From Ranitomeya imitator (taxonomy: Eukaryota): a stretch of 64,000 bases of DNA. Both the position numbers and the translations under genes were made by a program. Position 1 is the first letter of the stretch, and each line of letters begins with the position of its first letter. Of the stretch, positions 12,546 to 24,600 are shown piece by piece. The DNA is taken from positions 626,944,001 to 627,008,000 of the forward strand of contig NC_091283.1 of the NCBI RefSeq assembly GCF_032444005.1, written 5' to 3'. A model generated the notes under the pieces. The model made no database searches. It worked only from the letters and a program-made list of their open reading frames with translations, and was not told the DNA's origin.

Positions 12546-14334
12546 ATCCTAACTATTATGAAAAAACCCTCATTAAATAAAAGTATTTTCTTTAACCCTC
12601 CCCCCCCCCCCCCCCGGTTGTATTGGATTATAAATGTTGTATTGTCAGTTGCACATTTTTCCCCAGATTTCAAACCAGTTTTACTACCTAATTAAAATGG
12701 GATGTCTGGAAATCATATGTAACAGCGCCTGTAAAAATTGCACTAATGTCCAAATTAGTTGAAGAAGGTATTTTTGTTTGGGGTTCTTTGGCTAGCACCT
12801 TTGACATGGAAAAAAATCCTTTTTTTTACATACAGTATATGTTAGGGATTACCTTTAATTAATAAAATTGCATTGATTTTCATTCTGAAATCTTCCTTTT
12901 TTCATTCATTTGCAGACCTGATAGGTCAGTTCCTCTTGTGTATGTCCAGTATGTTGCTGTCTTCACTTACTTCTTGTATCAGCCCATTCTTCTCTATAGT
13001 TCATTTTGTCTGCCCTCCCTGAGACTGTAGATGGTTTCCCCCCTCTTCAGTACAGATACCTCCCCATCTCTAAGACCTCATTCAGGCATCAGTGATTTTT
13101 CTTGTTAGAAACAAACAGACCAATTTCCATCAGTGTGCCGTTTCAGATTTTCAGCAGTGTTTGGTCAGTGTGTAATCAGTTTTAGCATTAGAGTTTCATT
13201 AGTTTTTTTTCCGATTGCAATAAAAATGCTCATGGAGGTTTCTCAACCTTCTTCTGTGAAAGTCAGTGAAAAACAGACAGCAATAGGAGGATGAAACTAG
13301 AATGATGTCTAAGTGCTGTCCAAGTTTTTCATTGACCCAAAGAGTTTAAATACTGAGTTTGATCCGTGTCAAGGATAATGGTGGACCACACTTGACTTCG
13401 TAGCGAAGCTGGATGCCCTTTGTCTCAGTGAAAGAATTTGTGCACGATGCATAGTCCCGTCTGTGTACGTGACATCTGTCTTCACATTATGGCCTAATTC
13501 ACATGTCCATTTTTTGCATATGAAGTCAGTGATTTTTATCCAATTTTCATTGTCCATCATATGTCCATTTTTATCATCTGTTCTTCTCACGTGTAGCTCA
13601 TACCCATTAGATAGTAAAATATGGAAGGGGCACAGATCGTGTCTGTCACATTGACTTGAATGGGAAATTTTGATCCCAAACTGGAGCAATATCGGACGTG
13701 TCTCCACATTTTTATTGTCTGACTAATGGTCCGCCACATGAACAAGGACCTGTGAACAGCCACATAGACTATAACAGATAATAATGTTCTATCCATGAAA
13801 AACAGACATCTGAACAAGTCCTAAGGGTTCGCTCACACTGGTGTAGATTCTCTCTTGCGAGTGAATTTGGCCGATTACACTAATGACACTCAGCTCGTAC
13901 TCTCCCAGAGATTTATCCGAGTGTCATCTGAGTGTGATCCTATTCTCTCACGTGAGAGAATCACAGCACAGGTGTGAAGATGGAGAACTTACGGTAATTT
14001 CTCCATCTTCTCCATTGTCTCAGTGAGCGTACATCGCACTGTATGGGTGCACATGGTTCAATTATCGGAGGCATTCACAGCAAACTGTGATTATTTTCTC
14101 ATGCAGAATCGGCATGAGAGAAAAAATTGCCCCATAGTATTTTTAGTAATAGTAATTTTTTTTTTAATGAAGACTATTTAAGAAGGAAATCAGCAATTAA
14201 ATAAATTCAGAAAGTATACATAGGCTTCAGAGCAGTTTCCAAACAGGACAATGCCTTTTCTTCGGTGCTGATTGAGAGTCCAAATGACATAAGAGGGCAT
14301 AAGGTGAAAGTACTGTCCCAGCTGGACATATTAT

Positions 14335-14720
14335 AGGGAATCTGTCAGCAGGGTTTCACCCCCAAAACCATTTATATGCACATGTACGGTAATTCTTTCA
14401 TAAACGAGTCTGGCAATACCCTTACCTGGCCAGTCCGTTCCTCCATTACTGAGAAATCAGCATGGGAATTTATATGCAAAGGAGGTTAAAGCACTATTCG
14501 TAGATCTGAGGCCTCTGTCACTCCAGTTCTGTTCCCCACCCAGGATGATAAATAGAGCTGGAGTGACAGAGGCCTCAGATCTACATCCTTGTTTACAATA
14601 ATTGAATTGCTGATTTCTCAGTAATGGAGGAACGGGTGGATACTGCCGGACTTGTCTTTCAAAGAGCTACATGTGCATATAAATAGTTTGGATAGTAAAA
14701 TGCTTCAGAGATTCAGTTTA
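14335..14720. mobile_element. Degenerate Kolobok/T2-like MITE
   Basis: Starts AGGGAATCTGTCA, ends CAGAGATTCAGTTTAA; similar start at about 57945. Confidence 0.45.
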
Positions 14721-14993
14721 ATATGTAGTTTTGTGGGAAACATTTGGCATAACTTGTATGTTACTGGAAGTTATACCCAATAAATAAAACCTATTCTACT
14801 GGGAGTGAATATGCGTACTAATTCCAGCTGGGTAGCCATATTGATCGGTGAACCTACTAGCATTTCCTTTCATGGGGCTTCGTATTAGAGATGAGGGTAT
14901 GAATGGTGCCAGATGCAAGAAAAGATGTAGCAGAAAGTAGTGAAGAAAAGCTGAGAGTATGTCAAGTATGAACTTTCTGTGTCCTCTTCTTAG

Positions 14994-15077
14994 CCCTGAC
15001 TGTTTTGTGCACTTCTCCCGAAAGCTCCATCAGAAGAGAACAGAAGATCCTCCAGATGAGGTTACCAGCGCCCAGTG
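14994..15077 (+). other. gcgr: Putative 5' UTR part of gcgr exon 2
   Basis: Pyrimidine tract tttctgtgtcctcttcttag ends at 14993, 84 nt upstream of the proposed start ATG. The acceptor is inferred. Confidence 0.45.
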
Positions 15078-15131
15078 ATGCCCCAGACTGCCTTCCTCCG
15101 TGTCTTGCTGGTACTGATAGTGCTTTGCCAG
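15078..15131 (+). CDS. gcgr: gcgr exon 2 coding part, signal peptide [18 protein letters not shown]
   Basis: Hydrophobic 18-aa peptide ending CAG|GTACAG in phase 0, joining AISAQVMD; parallels human [27 protein letters not shown]. Confidence 0.78.
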
Positions 15132-18100
15132 GTACAGAAATAAATGACATATATGATTCTGCTTCTTTCATTATGTGCCCAGTGATGGTTGAGAAGACAC
15201 AGATTGAGCAGTGTTTCCTGGAAGTCCTCCAACTGTGCTCATGAGGGAATGACCAGGAGTGCAGGTCACATCCTCTGTTCTGTGAGAGGCAGACGTGCAC
15301 GCTCAGCGACATGCATCATGCATGGATGTAAATAGGAGTGACAGTTCACAGACAATGTCTTTCTAATGGCTTGCAGGCCTCGCGAAGAAGCCACATTAAA
15401 GTGCATTGCTGTTAACAATTCATATTATCCTTCCAAATTTAAATTGTCACTCCCGTCATAAGTCAAAATGGAGCAGATTTCCTATTTATAAAGGGCAAGG
15501 AGCCTTCTCCTCTGCTCACTGTTACCCCTTATTTCATTTTTAAATAATTTGATTTTCTGGTTGCACTTATTAATGAACCAACTAGCAATATCATAAAGGG
15601 TTTATTCAAAGTTGCGGCAATAAAACCTGCCTAAAGAAGCAAGCATTTTCATCACAATTTGTAATACAGCAATAGGATTTTAATAAGTAAAACATCAAAG
15701 TTTAGCTTAACCTTTGATAGGATCATAAAACAGCATAAAACAGTTCAGAAGAGAGGTAAGGCATCAGGCTCAGTGACAGATTCACTGTTAACTCATTCTC
15801 TGGTACATACATTTTTCAAAAATTTTTATTGACATCCTATTTGAAAAATTATTTGCGTAAAAAATGTATGAATTTACACAAAAATAAAGCAGTCAGTCTT
15901 CTAATCAATAAAGATGCTGTACATGTTAATTACCAGTGATAACGGTTGTGATAGATTGGGCTAAGCGTAAAACATTTGTCTAGTTGCCAAAATAAGACAA
16001 CAGAAAATGTTATTACATTTTTCTTAGATAAACAAAACAACCTTTAATGATCAAAAAGGCGACCAAGATACATGTGTAGGCTATATACAAAGTTGAAATA
16101 AAGGCTGTGGTCATAGGTCATGTAGGTCATGTTTTGTCATGATTTTAATCAGTTTAGCAGTAATTGCTTTGTGGCACTTTTGCTGGTTTTGCCACATTTT
16201 TCACATAGCACAACTATGTATTGAAAAGTACCTCTATATTTACACACACACACATATAAGTATATATATATATATATATATATATACAGTGGGGCAAAAA
16301 AGTATTTAGTCAGTCAGCAATAGTGCAAGTTCCACCACTTAAAAAGATGAGAGACGTCTGTAATTTACATCATAGGTAGACCTCAACTATGGGAGACAAA
16401 CTGAGAAAAAAAAATCCAGAAGATCACATTGTCTGTTTTTTTAACATTTTATTTGCATATTATGGTGGAAAATAAGTATTTGGTCAGAAACAAAATTTCA
16501 TCTCAATACTTTGTAATATATCCTTTGTTGGCAATGACAGAGGTCAAACGTTTTCTGTAAGTCTTCACAAGGTTGCCACACACTGTTGTTGGTATGTTGG
16601 CCCATTCCTCCATGCAGATCTCCTCTAGAGCAGTGATGTTTTTGGCTTTTCGCTTGGCAACACGGACTTTCAACTCCCTCCAAAGGTTTTCTATAGGGTT
16701 GAGATCTGGAGACTTGCTAGGCCACTCCAGGACCTTGAAATGCTTCTTACGAAGCCACTCCTTCGTTGCCCTGGCGGTGTGCTTTGGATCATTGTCATGT
16801 TGAAAGACCCAGCCACGTTTCATCTTCAATGCCCTTGCTGATGGAAGGAGGTTTGCACTCAAAATCTCATGATACATGGCCCCATTCATTCTTTCATGTA
16901 CCCGGATCAGTCGTCCTGGCCCCTTTGCAGAGAAACAGCCCCAAAGCATGATGTTTCCACCACCATGCTTTACAGTAGGTATGGTGTTTGATGGATGCAA
17001 CTCAGTATTCTTTTTCCTCCAAACACGACAAGTTGTGTTTCTACCAAACAGTTCCAGTTTGATTTCATCAGACCATAGGACATTCTCCCAAAACTCCTCT
17101 GGATCATCCAAATGCTCTCTAGCAAACTTCAGACGGGCCCGGACATGTACTGGCTTAAGCAGTGGAACACGTCTGGCACTGCAGGATCAGAGTCCATGGT
17201 GGCGTAGTGTGTTACTTATGGTAGGCCTTGTTACATTGGTCCCAGCTCTCTGCAGTTCATTCACTAGGTCCCCCCACGTGGTTCTGGGATTTTTGCTCAC
17301 CGTTCTTGTGATCATTCTGACCCCACGGGGTGGGATTTTGCGTGGAGCCCCAGATCGAGGGAGATTATCAGTGGTCTTGTATTTCTTCCATTTTCTAATT
17401 ATTGCTCCCACTGTTGATTTCTTCACTCCAAGCTGGTTGGCTATTGCAGATTCAGTCTTCCCAGCCTGGTGCAGGGCTACAATTTTGTTTCTGGTGTCCT
17501 TTGACAGCTCTTTGGTCTTCACCATAGTGGAGTTTGGAGTCAGACTGTTTGAGGGTGTGCACAGGTGTCTTTTTATACTGATAACAAGTTAAAACAGGTG
17601 CCATTACTACAGGTAATGAGTGGAGGAAAGAGGAGACTCTTAAAGAAGAAGTTACAGGTCTGTGAGAGCCAGAAATCTTGATTGTTTGTTTCTGACCAAA
17701 TACTTATTTTCCACCATAATATGCAAAAAAATGATAAAAAACAGACAATGTGACTTTCTGGATTTTTTTTCTCAGTTTGTCTCCCATAGTTGAGGTCTAC
17801 CTACGATGTAAATTACAGACGCCTCATCTTTTTAAGTGGTGGAACTTGCACTATTGCTGACTGACTAAATACTTTTTTGCCCCACTGTATATATATATAT
17901 ACTAGATGTTGGCCCGATTCAAAAGCATCGGGTATTCTAGAATATGTATGTATGTATGTATGTTGCGCTGTCAGTGGTGTTTAAATCCCTCACTAATATC
18001 GCTGATTGTCTGATATCCGAGACAGACATACAATTAGACCCGTAGACAACACAATGGCGGCACTTGACAGCAGTGGAGGACAATGATGATTCCAGAATTT

Positions 18101-18579
18101 GCAGCAGACTGTGCCCGTTGCTGATTGGTCGAGGCCTGGTGGCCTCAACCAATCAGCGACGCGGGATTTCCAGGACAGACAGCCAAACCCTTAGACAGTT
18201 ATATATATACTAGACTGTGGCCCGATTCTAACGCATCGGGTATTCTAGAATATGCATGTCCCTGTAATATATGGACAATGATGATTCCAGAATTCGCGGC
18301 AGACTGTGTCCGTCGCTGATTGATCGAGGCAACCTTTATGACATCATTGTCGCCATGGCAACCATTATGACATCTACGTCGATACTGTGCCCGTTGCTGA
18401 TTGGTCGAGGCCTGGCAGCCTCGACCAATCAGAGATGTGGGATCTCCAGGACAGACAGACAGAAAAACCCTCACGGCCTCGACCAATCAGAGATGCGGGA
18501 TTTCTACGTCGATGCTGTGCCGGTCTCTGATTGGTCGAGGCCTGGCAGCCTCGACCAATCAGAGAGCCGGGATTTCCAG

Positions 18580-18610
<31 letters not shown>

Positions 18611-21600
18611 GGAAAAACCCTTAGGCAATTATATATATAGACTAGATTGTGGCCCGATTCTAACGCATCGGGTATTCTAGAATATGCATGTCCCCGTAGT
18701 ATATGGACAATGATGATTCCAGAATTCGTGGCAGACTGTGCCCGTCGCTGATTGGTCGAGGCAACCTTTATGACATCATCGTCACCATGGCAACCATTAT
18801 GACATCTACGTCGATACTGTGCTCGTTGCTGATTGGTCGAGGCCTGGCAGCCTCGACCAATCAGAGACGCGGGATGTCTACGTCTTTTATGACATCATCG
18901 TCGCTGTGCCCGTCGCTGATTGGTCGAGGCCTGGCGGCCTCGACCAATCAGAGACGCGGGATTTCCAGGACAGACAGACAGACAGACAGACAGACGGAAA
19001 AACCCTTAGACAATTATATATATAGATAGACTAGATTGTGGCCCGATTCTAACGCATCGGGTATTCTAGAATATGCATGTCCCCGTAGTATATGGACAAT
19101 GATGATTCCAGAATTCGCGGCAGATTGTGCCCGTCGCTGATTGGTCGAGGCAACCTTTATGACATCATTGTCGCCATGGCAACCATTATGACATCTACGT
19201 CGATACTGTGCCCGTTGCTGATTGGTCGAGGCCTGGCAGCCTCGACCAATCAGAGATGTGGGATCTCCAGGACAGACAGACAGAAAAACCCTTAGACAAT
19301 TATACATATAGATATATATACTGTATATATACATATATACACAGTGGGTACGGAGAGTATTCATTCCCCTTTAAATTTGTCACTCTTTGTTTCATTGCAG
19401 CCATTTCGTAAATTCAAAAAAGTTATTTTTTTTCATTAATATACACTCAGCACCCCATCTTGACTTAAAAAAGCAGAAATGTAGCAATTTTTCAGACCCT
19501 TTGCTCAGACATTCATATTTAAGTCACATGCTGTCCATTTCCTTGTGATCCTCCTTGAGATGGTTCTACTCCTTCATTGTAGTCCAGCTGTGTAGCGCCA
19601 ACAGCCTCTGGACTCTACGCTGACAGACACAGGAAACCTTCTTGCGACAGCTCGCATTGATGTGACATCCTGGATGAGCTGCACTACCTGAGCCACTTGT
19701 GTGGGTTGTAGAGTCCATCTCATGCTACCACGAGTGTGAAAGCACAATCAACATTCAAAAGTGACCAAAACATCAGCAAGAAAGCATTGGTACTGAGATG
19801 TGGTCTGTGGTCCCCACCTGCCGAACCACTCCTTTATTGAGTGTGTCTTGATAATTGCCAATGATTTCCATCTGTTGTCTATTCCATTTACACAACAGCA
19901 TGTGAAATTGATTGTCAAACAGTGTTTGATTTCACAGAAGTTTGATTTATTTGGAGTGATATTCTGTTGTTTAAGTGTTCCCTTTATTTTTTTGAGCAGT
20001 GCGACACGGTCCCACAGCATACTCCCAATTCAGCACTGCTATAGTTAGTCCTTCCTTAGTCTGTTTTGCCCCAGACCAGAGAATTTCCATGCCAAAGACA
20101 ATTGCCACTTGGCGAGAGACCTGCCCTTCTGTACTGTACTTCGTAGTGACCTAGCGTACTCCTGTTCCAAGCTCACTGCTTCTGAGAGTTCCCTCAGCTA
20201 TTTCGCGCTGGTACTGAGGGCATCTGCCCAAGCTATAAGCTGCCACATTACCTACCTACCTGTGAGCTACCTGTGTCCCCGTCCTATCACTGCTTCTGTC
20301 TGGATTCTCCTTTCCCGCTGCTGTACTGGCCACTGCTACTCAGGCCCGATGCTGTGGATGGCTGGGCTTCTCTCTTAGCAAACGTTGCATGGTCGCTGCT
20401 ATGGCCCTGGGTACTTCAGCCCGTGTGGACTGTCTGGGCACCCGGGCCCTTCTGACTCAAATGAGGAAGTTCTCCCTCACTGAGCTGCAGCTGACCCTCC
20501 TTCCTATTTCCAGTGCTATAACTGAAACTATAATGTACCCCATCTTGTGGCTAAACTTGGATAGTAGACTTTCCCTATGACAAACAATGAACCTCTTCTC
20601 ATACAAAGCAGTAATAAATACGTACATTATGACACATACACAATAGCAGTAGACGAGGGGTACAACATTACATTATACATAAATATACACTACAACATAT
20701 GGTCCCGGGCTGAGCAAGAATTGCAAGGACATATTTCAAGGGGTGGGGGCATTCACAATCTAGGTCACCCCTTAAAGATGCATACGTCCAAATCCCGTTT
20801 TGCGGGAGATGCAGACGTAAATCCCGACAAAGTTACTGTACGGGTGCTGGGACACAATGTGAAAGCACCCTAATGGCATAACAGGATGAAGGATATTTGA
20901 ACAGGTGCTGCCACCAATCTCAAATGGGAATTTATTTTCTGATTACCCATGTCACACACAGTTGTGCTCAAAAGTTTACATACCCAGACAGAAAACACAG
21001 TAGTTTGACAATAAAGGGCTTCACCCAACCACTAACCATGAGTGGAGAAAAAGTTTTGGTGTTATCATTCTTATTTTCTGAAAAAAGGCCAAGAAAGCAC
21101 AAATTCTGCCGGGGTATGTAAAATTTTGAGCACAACTGTATAAGGTGCTCAGATAACATGCTCATATAAGGCGTTATCCCAGCATGCTCGTGTGCTATCA
21201 GAATGGCTTTGAAAAATATGTTCGAGTCCCTGCGTCTGCATGTCTCATGGCAGCCGCAACACATGCCGGGATTGGGCTGTTTGTTAGAAAATCTCTGCAT
21301 GTGTTGCGACTGTGGAACTGGAGCACCTGCTAGGGCCATGGGGATACTTGGTATCAGGCTGGTTCTTAAAGGGGATGTGCCACGGCAGCAGTGACCCGGT
21401 CCGTAGCCCTGGGCATCCAATAGAAGAGTCAATTACATAAAAAATTGTAAATGTTCGTGACGCCACTTGTGGTACAAGGCAATAAAGCTGCTAGTCGACG
21501 CTGCTTCAGAGTCCACTGGGGGGGCTGATGGTGATGCAGCAGAGTTGGTACAGCTCTCCTCAGGCAGAGCTTTAGTCACAGGGCACTTAGGTTGATGAAG

Positions 21601-24600
21601 ATGAAGATGTTGATAGTAGATGTGGTGCAGGGGGGGGGGGTGCAGTAAATAAGTGTGAGGACACAGCAGGGTGCAGTTTCCAATGCTTTACTCACAGTTC
21701 TTAGTTGCCTCAGCCAGGGTGCTGTGTCCTCCGGATTTGTGGTCCAGCCAGCTCTCAAGCAACTTGGGTGCACTTTCCAGAACCCGCTTTCTATGTTCCT
21801 TGCCTTTCTGTTTCTCTGCACTGGCTTCGCCTCTCTTGCTCTGTGCCTGCCACACAGTGTCCCAAGCCAGCAGCCATATATCTTGTCGGGCGGTGAGCTC
21901 TAGACCCCCTGGAACCTATCCGGCTGCCTTTTCAGCGAATGTGTGCAGATGTGGCTGTGCTTCTTGCAAATGCCACAGCCTCTGGTTATCCAGCTGAGTC
22001 CTTAGTTTCTCCACTAGAATGGGGCCGGTCCCCTGACTGCAACCTGGTCCCTCCACCTGACTATGGTCAGCGTGAATACGAACCCCACGGGTGGACTTCT
22101 CACTACCCGTGCCTCTAGGACCCCTTCCTTCTCTTCTTTCTTTAGCATCACTTTCCTTCAGTTCCCTCTCTCTTAGGGAACTCCTTTCTGTCTGTCTTGA
22201 TCTTTATGTGTCCTCTCACTCTCACATCTGCTTTCCTCTCTTTCTCCCTGCAGACTCCCTGACTCCACCCACACCCTCTACCTATATATCCCCTCTAGAC
22301 TGGGATGAGGCTATCCTCCGTAAGGGTACGCCCAGGTGCCCTGACTGAAGTGTCTCATGTTGGATGCTGTTGTGGGGTTCTGTGCAGTGCCCCCTCCTTA
22401 CCTGAGAGTGGAATACCACACCTCTGGCTGAGATGCAGTACTCTGTGGCGATTGGACCCCAGGGGCGCACAGAAGAAGTGTGGGACATGCAGCTGCGGGG
22501 ACTCGAACATATTATTTGAGCACACCAAAGTTACTCGGTTAGCACATGAGCATACACAGACAACACCTTATCCCAGCATGTTCACTCATCAGTAATAACA
22601 ACATAACATTAATTTAGGCACACTAGTGAGATCGTGAGGGAAGCCATGTCTTGGCAATAGCATACTTAGCATAATAGGGAATTGCTATAGGAAAGGTATG
22701 CCATTAATGAGTAATACCAGAGTCTGGAAGAACACTGCCCACATATTGTCAGTATAACTGTCTTGCAAATTTATGGATATCTTGAACACTCAAAGATTGT
22801 TAAAAGGAATGTTGAAAGGAATGACAATCCTCAGTTGCTTCCTCCCCACTCCACCATAGAAGTACAAGTCTGACCAAGCATAGACTGACTGGGTGTTCAG
22901 TAATCTCATGCTCCTTGTTGGTCGAAAGTGAATGAGTCATACAAAACTGAACTACTCTTTCAATCAATTTTAAGATAAACAGTAAAGCTAAGAATTTTTT
23001 GTGATTTTTTTTTCCTATGTCACTATCTACTACAAAAATTTGTAAATCTTGAAATTTTATCTCTAGTCACTGAGTCTCAGAAAAGATTGGTGCTTCCTGA
23101 CTTGTACACATCATTTTTCGGCAATCATCTCATTATTATCAGAGGCAGAATCATAGCAATGGATAACAAAAGAGCAGACATTCATAATTGGTGGTGATTA
23201 TAGATTACTTCTTCATCCTCTCTGCATAATGACCTCTGCGCAGGTCACAGAGCATGCCTAGAAAAAAATCCCATAGACGTTAATGAACATCTGCAGTCTA
23301 CAGGTTCACCAACCTTTTATTAAACTCTTCCAATTGGCTCCTAATGAGCTTAACTGGCCAGTTCAAAACATGGATCGGTGAAGTAAGAGACGCTCTTACT
23401 CCAACAATCAGGTCCTATTCCAGTTTTTAGATTCAATGTAAATCTAAGAGAAAATGTCTCATTTTGTTGCATACACCCCGATTACCTACATTTTGACACT
23501 TTAGAAGTAGCACGGATACAATATACGTACAATATATTATTATTCCATATGACTTTGTGAAGTTGTAACAGAGCGCTTGTCTGAATCATTGGAAGCTATG
23601 TGCGCTATGTGCATGAAGTAGGCCGTGCATCAAGTTACTGCCATTTAGGAAGCACTTCTGAATGCTGCGTTAGCTTCTGCATAACATCACTTTTCTGTAT
23701 GTCTGTGAATTGGCTTCCATGTCTGTTTTCTTCACAGGCCATCTCAGCTCAGGTAATGGATTACCTGTATGACAGCTGGAGGAAGTATGAAACTGAGTGC
23801 CAGCAGAATATGTCCATGGAGCCCCCTCCAACAGGTGAACTCCATGATGTCTTTATCATATATGCTTTCCAAATGTAGGCTCATAACTATGTATTCAATC
23901 AGTAACAGATGACAACATAAACTACACCATGTTCCAAATTATTATGCAAATTACATTTTTCGCAGATTTTCCTAGATGGTCGGTGCAAATGACAGTCAGT
24001 CTAATAAAAGTAATCACCGTTAGAGTATACATCGAATTTTATTGAAGAAACCTCCCAATGATAACAGTATAATCTCCAAAATGAATAAAAACTCAAAATG
24101 CACTGTCCCAAATTATTAGGCACAGTAGAATTTCTAAACATTTGATATGTTTTAAAGAACTAAAAATGCTCATTTGTGGAATTTACAGCATTAGGAGGTC
24201 ACATTCACTAAACAAAAAAGCTATTTAACTCCAAAACATCCTAACAGGCCAAGTTACATGTTAACCTAGGACCCCTTCTTTGATATCACCTTCACAATTC
24301 TTGCATCCATTGAACTTGTGAGTTTTTGGAGAGTTTCTGCTTGTATTTCTTTGCATGAAGTCAGAATAGCCTCCCAGAGCTGCTGTTTTGATGTGAACTG
24401 CCTCCCACCCTCATAGTTCTTTTGCTTGATGATACTCCAAAGGTTCTCTATATAGGTCAGGGGAAGATGGTGGCCACACCATGAGATTATCTCCTTTTAT
24501 GTCCATAGCAGCCAATGACTCAGAGGTATTATTTGCAGCATGAGATGGTGATTTGTCATGCATGAAGATGATTTTGCTCCTGAAGGCACGTTTCTGCTTT

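Noticed and set aside
14959-15030. Alternative start MSSMNFLC or the hydrophobic stretch FCVLFLALTVLC
   Set aside because: No in-frame ATG plus splice-donor combination; the region looks like the acceptor's pyrimidine tract, and 15078 fits better.
16876-17592. 238-aa plus-strand ORF
   Set aside because: Antisense shadow of the Tc1 transposase; no independent motifs.
17937-19411. Repetitive ORFs ([12 protein letters not shown]...)
   Set aside because: Translations of the non-coding Helitron tandem modules.
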